Assembly: GCA_964016885.1 (NCBI GenBank)
Contig: CAXHJY010001018.1
Coordinates: 1 to 23,914 of the forward strand
Direction: 5' to 3'
DNA: 23,914 bases
Source: Eledone cirrhosa
Lineage: Eukaryota
Positions within the stretch are counted from its first letter, which is position 1. Every line of letters starts with the position of its first letter. A program made the position numbers and the translations under genes. Below, piece after piece: positions 15,724 to 23,914 of this stretch. The notes below the pieces were generated by a model. The model did not search any database and was not told where the DNA came from. It saw only the letters and a list, made by a program, of their open reading frames with translations.

Positions 15724-16423
15724 ACTTCCCTAGTGTTGGTAGACAAAAAAATCCTTATACTCTCCGCACCTGCTTACTAATCTTTTAGATCACTCCACTC
15801 CACCCACTTATTAACATTTACTAATCTTTCTTCACTGAAATTTTATTGTTAGTGATTCATATTGATACAGCAGCTGGAGAGTCTAATAAATTTTATTTTA
15901 CATAAAAAAAACATTATATATGACAAGAAAAGAACATTACAAGAAATCCCATATTTATGAACGTGCACTATACAATTACAACCCCCCCCCCCCTCTCACT
16001 TTATAAGAATTTAAGCAAATGTTCAACCTCCTGCTTATTCCTACCCCCCCCCTATTTTGGGGGACCCAAGAGTAGGTGCAGGCATGGCCATATAGTTAAG
16101 GAATTTGCTTTGCCACTGCATTGTTCTAGCTTCAGTATATTACTAAATCCCTCCAAATTCTCGATTATTTTCAAAATTATTCAAAATTCATAGGCTGGGT
16201 TTCTCATTAGAAATAGGTTAACTAATGGGTTAAAGAATGATTCACAAGCCCAGCATGTTAGTTATAACTGTCTCAGCCTGCTATGTGATCATATTGCACC
16301 TTGTGCTAAATAACATAGTCTTGTGTTGTATGTATTGCTATAATCAGAGCATCTACCATTCACTTTGCTGACCAACTGGTTAGGAGGTCTGGGAGTCTAT
16401 TTAGCATATAGTTAGTGGCAGTA

Positions 16424-16771
16424 TGTTGTTGCTGTTGTTCTTGTTGTTGGACTTCCATTGGTTATGACAAGTGCTCTAATCCAATTGCTTGAACAACAGG
16501 ACAGCCTGCTCAGGAAATTAATGTGCAAGTGGTGAAGCAGTTCACAGACACATGCACTTTTAATGTTCTCAGGGAGATTCAGTGGGATACAGTGTGTGTG
16601 ACAAGACTGGCCTTTTGAATTACAGGTACAATTCATTTTTGCCAGTCGAGTGTACTGGCACAATATGAAATAAAGTGTCTTGCTCAAGGATACAACATGC
16701 CACCAGGAACCAAACTCACAACCTTATGATTGTGAGCTGAAGACACTAACCACTAAGCCATGTGCTTTCAC
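16424..16771 (-). mobile_element. tRNA-derived CORE-like SINE
   Basis: Minus strand starts GTGAAAGCACATGGCTTAGTGGTTAG (A box), then GAGTTTGGTTCC (B-like) and CCTTGAGCAAGACACTTTATTTCA. Confidence 0.85.
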
Positions 16772-16829
16772 CAGCAGTAAAAATAGACTTTGTAGGTATA
16801 TCTTTCTTTAAGGCCCATATTCATCACTA

Positions 16830-17147
16830 ATCACCATGGTTTTGCACCTAGAAAGTTTCCCTCTGAGGCACAAGCCTGGGCAAGGTTTGTTTGTAGAAGA
16901 CCAGCAGTGACCCTTGTATACCAGTCTCCCCTCTCCACACCATCGATGTAGTCCAAGGGAAAGGCAATGGCCGATACAGCTTGGCACCAGTGATGCTGCA
17001 ACTCATTTCTAAAGTTGAGTAAACTGGAGAAACTTAAAAAGACAGTGTCATGCTCAAAGACACAACACATCTCCCTGTCCGGGAATCAAACTCACAACCT
17101 CTCAATTACAAGCCCAATGCTCTAACCACTAAGCCATGTGCCTTCAC
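16830..17147 (-). mobile_element. tRNA-derived CORE-like SINE with a different 3' body
   Basis: Minus strand starts GTGAAGGCACATGGCTTAGTGGTTAG, then GAGTTTGATTCCC and TCTTTGAGCATGACACT. Confidence 0.83.
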
Positions 17148-17260
17148 TTGTAGGTACATAGTAATAGTCTTAATATTTATTATTGGTGTTTGGTAATTCA
17201 ACAAACCATGTGAGAATATATTGGTTTTATCAGCTATTTTAGTATATACATTTTACAATA

Positions 17261-17410
17261 GGTGCAGGTGTTAATGTGTGGTTACGAAGTTCACTTCAGT
17301 CCCACTGTATGGCACCTTTGCCAAGTGCCTGCCATTATAGCCTTGGGCTCTCCAGTGCTTTATGAGTAAATTTCGGAGTTGGAATCTGCAAAGTAGCCTA
17401 TTTGTATGTA
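17261..17410 (+). mobile_element. Decayed SINE of a third family
   Basis: GGTGCAGG..GTGTGGTT..TTCAGTCCCACTGTATGGCACCTTTGCCAAGTG..TATAGCCTTGGGC. A related head fragment lies at about 16075-16137. Confidence 0.65.
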
Positions 17411-17461
17411 TATATAAGTGTATATATATAATATGTGTGTGTGTATGTGTATATATCATCA

Positions 17462-17576
<115 letters not shown>

Positions 17577-17750
17577 TAACAGATTAAAGTTTAAGCAAAG
17601 AATCGCTGCTTTCACCCTTAACGGGATCTGTTATTTTAATAAATATTTGCTCTACGGTTCTTATATATTTGATATATATTTATCCTTATTGAGCCCTCTT
17701 TGGATTTTAGTCTTCAAATTTATTATTATTACTATATATATATATATATA

Positions 17751-17869
<119 letters not shown>

Positions 17870-17874
17870 ATATA

Positions 17875-17953
17875 AAGGGAGTCCTCAAAAAATGTATTCA
17901 TATATTCATTAGAATGCTGTTAAAGTGTGTATACAATTTTTGGGGATACCCTG
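17875..17953. mobile_element. 79-bp Tc1/mariner-type MITE, copy 1
   Basis: TA-flanked with imperfect TIRs AAGGGAGTCCTCAAAAAATGTAT / ATACAATTTTTGGGGATACCCTG (CAGGGT-type end). Confidence 0.72.
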
Positions 17954-17963
17954 TATATATGTA

Positions 17964-18008
<45 letters not shown>

Positions 18009-18013
18009 ATATA

Positions 18014-18092
18014 AAGGGAGTCCTCAAAAAATGTATTCATATATTCATTAGAATGCTGTTAAAGTGTGTATACAATTTTTGGGGATACCCTG
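18014..18092. mobile_element. 79-bp Tc1/mariner-type MITE, copy 2 (tandem duplicate)
   Basis: Identical to 17875-17953, period 139 bp. Confidence 0.72.
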
Positions 18093-18104
18093 TATATATG
18101 TATA

Positions 18105-18140
<36 letters not shown>

Positions 18141-18143
<3 letters not shown>

Positions 18144-18506
18144 ACATACACTACAGGCCAAAGCCAATCCGCCACCACCACATCACAGCCCATCGCAGCC
18201 AGCGACCGTCACCAACATCTTATCATCACATCCACCCCCACATACACTACAGGCCAGTACATGCCCTTGATCCTTCCCACCAATAAAAACAAACTCATAT
18301 TGTCAAACTCTTGAACTTCTGTCTTTACCACATAGCATGTATTTCATTTTCTTATAGCATTTTAAAGGGTCCGTCGAGCTGCCGATCATTGAGTCGGGTA
18401 GGATCGATACAGATCGAACCTTGAGCTAATCAGTGGCGAAACCTACGTCACCTACCAATAAATGTAATGGAGGAGTAACCAATCGTCCTTGTTATCCTTT
18501 CAATAT
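18141..18506 (+). mobile_element. Family C element 3' fragment, copy 2
   Basis: Reverse-complement homologue of 9147-9513 with (TA)n on both sides. Confidence 0.8.
18367..18453 (+). ncRNA. Hammerhead-like motif with variant core CCGTCGA (family C, copy 2)
   Basis: GGGT-CCGTCGA(18371-18377)-GCTGCCGAT...ATCAGTGGC-GAAA(18438-18441)-CCTACG-TC^ACCT, then AATAAA. The stem III palindrome is eroded. Confidence 0.5.
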
Positions 18507-18759
18507 ATATATATATATATATACACATGTATGTTGCCAACCATCACAAATGTCATATTAACATCCTTTAGTCATAAAATGCCATAAGCAATGTCTCTTG
18601 TGTAGATCAGAAAAACATTTGATGTACATACCATACTTAAACAATAAGGTATAGGTTGACATGAGAAAGAGCATCTGGTTGTAGAAAACCTGTCTCAAAA
18701 AGTCTCACCCTAACCCATGGAAGCATGGAAAAAGTGGGCATAAAAATGACAAGGATAGT

Positions 18760-18997
18760 TTAACCCTTTAGCTTTTAATCTGGCTGTATCCGGCCAGAAT
18801 TATCTCACCTCTTTCTGTTCAAACTGGCTGTAACTGGCCCCTCATACTGATGTTAAGATATTCTCAAAATACATAACATCAAAATAAATATCAAAATCTC
18901 ATAGATTCAATATTATGTGAGATAATTATGTAAGGTAAAGCCTTTACCATGAAAATATATTAGTATATATAGAGTATTGTAAATGCTAAAGGATTAA
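18760..18997 (+). mobile_element. TTAA-flanked piggyBac-like MITE
   Basis: TTAA-CCCTTTAGC ... GCTAAAGGA-TTAA. Inverted relatives at 19182-19285, 20307-20487 and 20525-20749. Confidence 0.8.
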
Positions 18998-19181
18998 ATC
19001 AATTTAATGAGTGAATGTATAAAAGTGTTATAGTATCTAGGTGAGTTGATTGATCAAACAGTTTGTAAGTCACTCTATTACTTATTTACTTAAGTCACTT
19101 TATTAGGTTATATGTTTAAACAGACTGAAATCATGAATTTTATTCAATCATGAATGTTACGTGTCCATGTTTACCTTCAGT

Positions 19182-19282
19182 TTAACCCTTTAGTATTTAC
19201 ATTACTCTATATACACTATTGTATTTTCACAGTAAAGGCTTTATCTCACATAATACCGAATCTTTGATATTTTTTATTTTGA
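19182..19282 (-). mobile_element. Partial copy of the TTAA MITE, abutting an RTE fragment
   Basis: TTAACCCTTTAGTATTTACATTACTCTATATA matches the reverse complement of the 18760-18997 right end. Confidence 0.72.
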
Positions 19283-19440
19283 GAGCAAGATGGTTGGATA
19301 ACATCCATGAGCTTGGCTGGTCACGCTTGGGGATTCAGTCACATCAGTTGCAGATGGTTGCTTCTGACAGGACCTGCTGGAAGGAATGTTTGATGACTCT
19401 GTCTCCACAACCCTCTCAGGAATAAGGGGGTGAAGAAGAA
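19283..19440 (+). mobile_element. RTE-clade LINE extreme 3' end
   Basis: ARWLDNIHELGWSRLGIQSHQLQMVASDRTCWKECLMTLSPQPSQE* followed by (GAA)n. Homologous to 15379-15723. Confidence 0.85.
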
Positions 19441-20268
19441 AATAGTAACTTAAAGTACATATAATATTTATGTTACGTGACTGGGGTTGTATATTGAATA
19501 ATATACAAAATGTTCATGTAAATAACATTTTTACAGCCTTGCTATGAATTTTAGAAGTGGTATATTTCACCATTGGTGTTTAGAAAGCTCTTTGTAGGAT
19601 TCTGTTTAAAAATAACAATGGATCTAAAAGAATTTGTGAAATACCTTTGTGTTTGAATTATTTTTTCTACAAAAGAAAATGTTGAAAGTTTTATTCATGT
19701 CCATTTTGGTGAGGATAATAATAGATTGTGCACTGTAGTATATACCCTGTTGAACATGTTTCATACTTATATAGACTAGCAGAAAAACCGCCCTTGGGTG
19801 GGTTTCTGCTAGCATGTGTTGTGTGTATATTGATATTATACACAAATATATATGCATGTAGATATGATACATCAAATAAAATCGTAATTGACAATATACA
19901 CAGAAATTGAAACGAAGTCTATGTTACACTGTCTTCTGTAATCAGTAAAGTAATCCATGATACATTTAAAAAAAGACGATATTATATATAAACTGCATTA
20001 GGAGAAAATTAGCGATGGAAATATATGAATGTTTATATAAGTGTTATAATATAACGGCCGCTAACCGGAAGTGTTGACAATTTTAAAGAAGTGAATCTTT
20101 AAATAAGCTATAAAATATATTTAATCAACAGCCAGGAAATTTAGCACATAAATTATGTAATATTCATTCATTCATTATTTATTCAAAGTAATCCAATTAT
20201 TTTACAAACGGGGTAAAAAAATATATTTTGGATGCAGTCCCACACTCCTTTCTTTATTATAGTTAAGA

Positions 20269-20878
20269 TTAACACCTTTTTGATACCAAGCTGACCGAAA
20301 CTTGATTTAACTCTTTAGTATTTACATTAATCTATATATAATATTATATTTTCATGGTAATTATCTCACATAATATCAAATTTGAGATTTTGATACTATT
20401 TATTTTGAGAACAATACCTTAACATCAGTATGAGTGGCCGGTTACAGCTGGTTTGAACAGAAAGAGGTGAGAAAATTCTGGCTGAATTTTTCAAGGCCTG
20501 CGAGTACATAATGTTAAGTATTATGCTTTAAGCATTTACATTACTATATATATACTATTGTATTTTTGTGGTAAAGACTTTACCTTACATAATTATCTCA
20601 CATAACATCAAAATCTCATAGATTTGATATTATTTATTTTGAGAATAATACCTTAACATAAATATTAGTTGCTAGTTACTGCTGGTTTGGACAGAAAGAG
20701 GTGAGATAATTCTGGCTGGATATGGCCAGTTTAATTACTAAAGGGTTAAAAACCCAACCTAATAATAATAGTTATGTTACCAAATTAAATTCCTGATTAT
20801 TTTAAGAATTAACTGAAAATCATAAGCAGTGTTTTTTATTAAAAATTATTATTAAAGCTATGGTATCAAGGGGGTTAA
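20269..20878. mobile_element. Outer TTAA MITE containing two nested copies (20307-20487, 20525-20749) of the 18760 MITE
   Basis: Ends TTAACACCTTTTTGATACCA / TGGTATCAAGGGGGTTAA. The inner block starts TTAACTCTTTAG and ends CTAAAGGGTTAA. Confidence 0.7.
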
Positions 20879-21209
20879 AATCAGTGATGTTTTAGTTTGT
20901 TTTAGCCATCAGTGAAGGCCATGCTAGACTAGCACAGAATAGTAGTGGGTGTAGTAGAGAAAAGAATGTGTGTAAGTTGGCTGTGTTGAGAATATGAATT
21001 AAAATATAGTATAAGTGTTATAGGTCTGTATAAGGGGAGAAGTAGCTTGGTGGTGGAGGGTTTATTTCTTATTAGAACAGTATGATTATAGTTTGTTTTT
21101 ACAGTGTTTAGATATTTGACAATATTAGCAGAGTGTTAAATATATGTTAGTTAAATAAATATTGGTTTGAATGTAATAGATAAGTAGTTGAATAAGTATG
21201 TTGGTGTCA

Positions 21210-23914
<2,705 letters not shown>

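Overview
A gene-poor, very AT-rich animal genomic window. The SINE, MITE and (TA)n content looks like octopus/cephalopod DNA, which is my inference from recognising the repeat types. About 9 kb is interrupted (TA)n microsatellite, and all the long YIYI ORFs are artefacts of it. No intact protein-coding gene is supportable. The main signal is a cluster of type I hammerhead ribozyme (HHR) motifs with minimal or palindromic stem III, carried by several non-coding repeat families embedded in (TA)n. Five have canonical CTGANGA...GAAA cores (791-868 +, 7414-7484 +, 8882-8959 +, 10484-10548 -, 10795-10859 +). Three HHR-like folds share a non-canonical CCGTCGA core (7745-7832 +, 9200-9286 -, 18367-18453 +). 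Two carriers are long fold-back palindromes, and four families share a downstream GAG(CA/TG)CTY motif. This fits non-autonomous Penelope-like (PLE) pLTR or retrozyme-like elements. The rest is tRNA-derived SINEs, RTE LINE 3' ends, TTAA- and TA-flanked MITEs and minisatellites.
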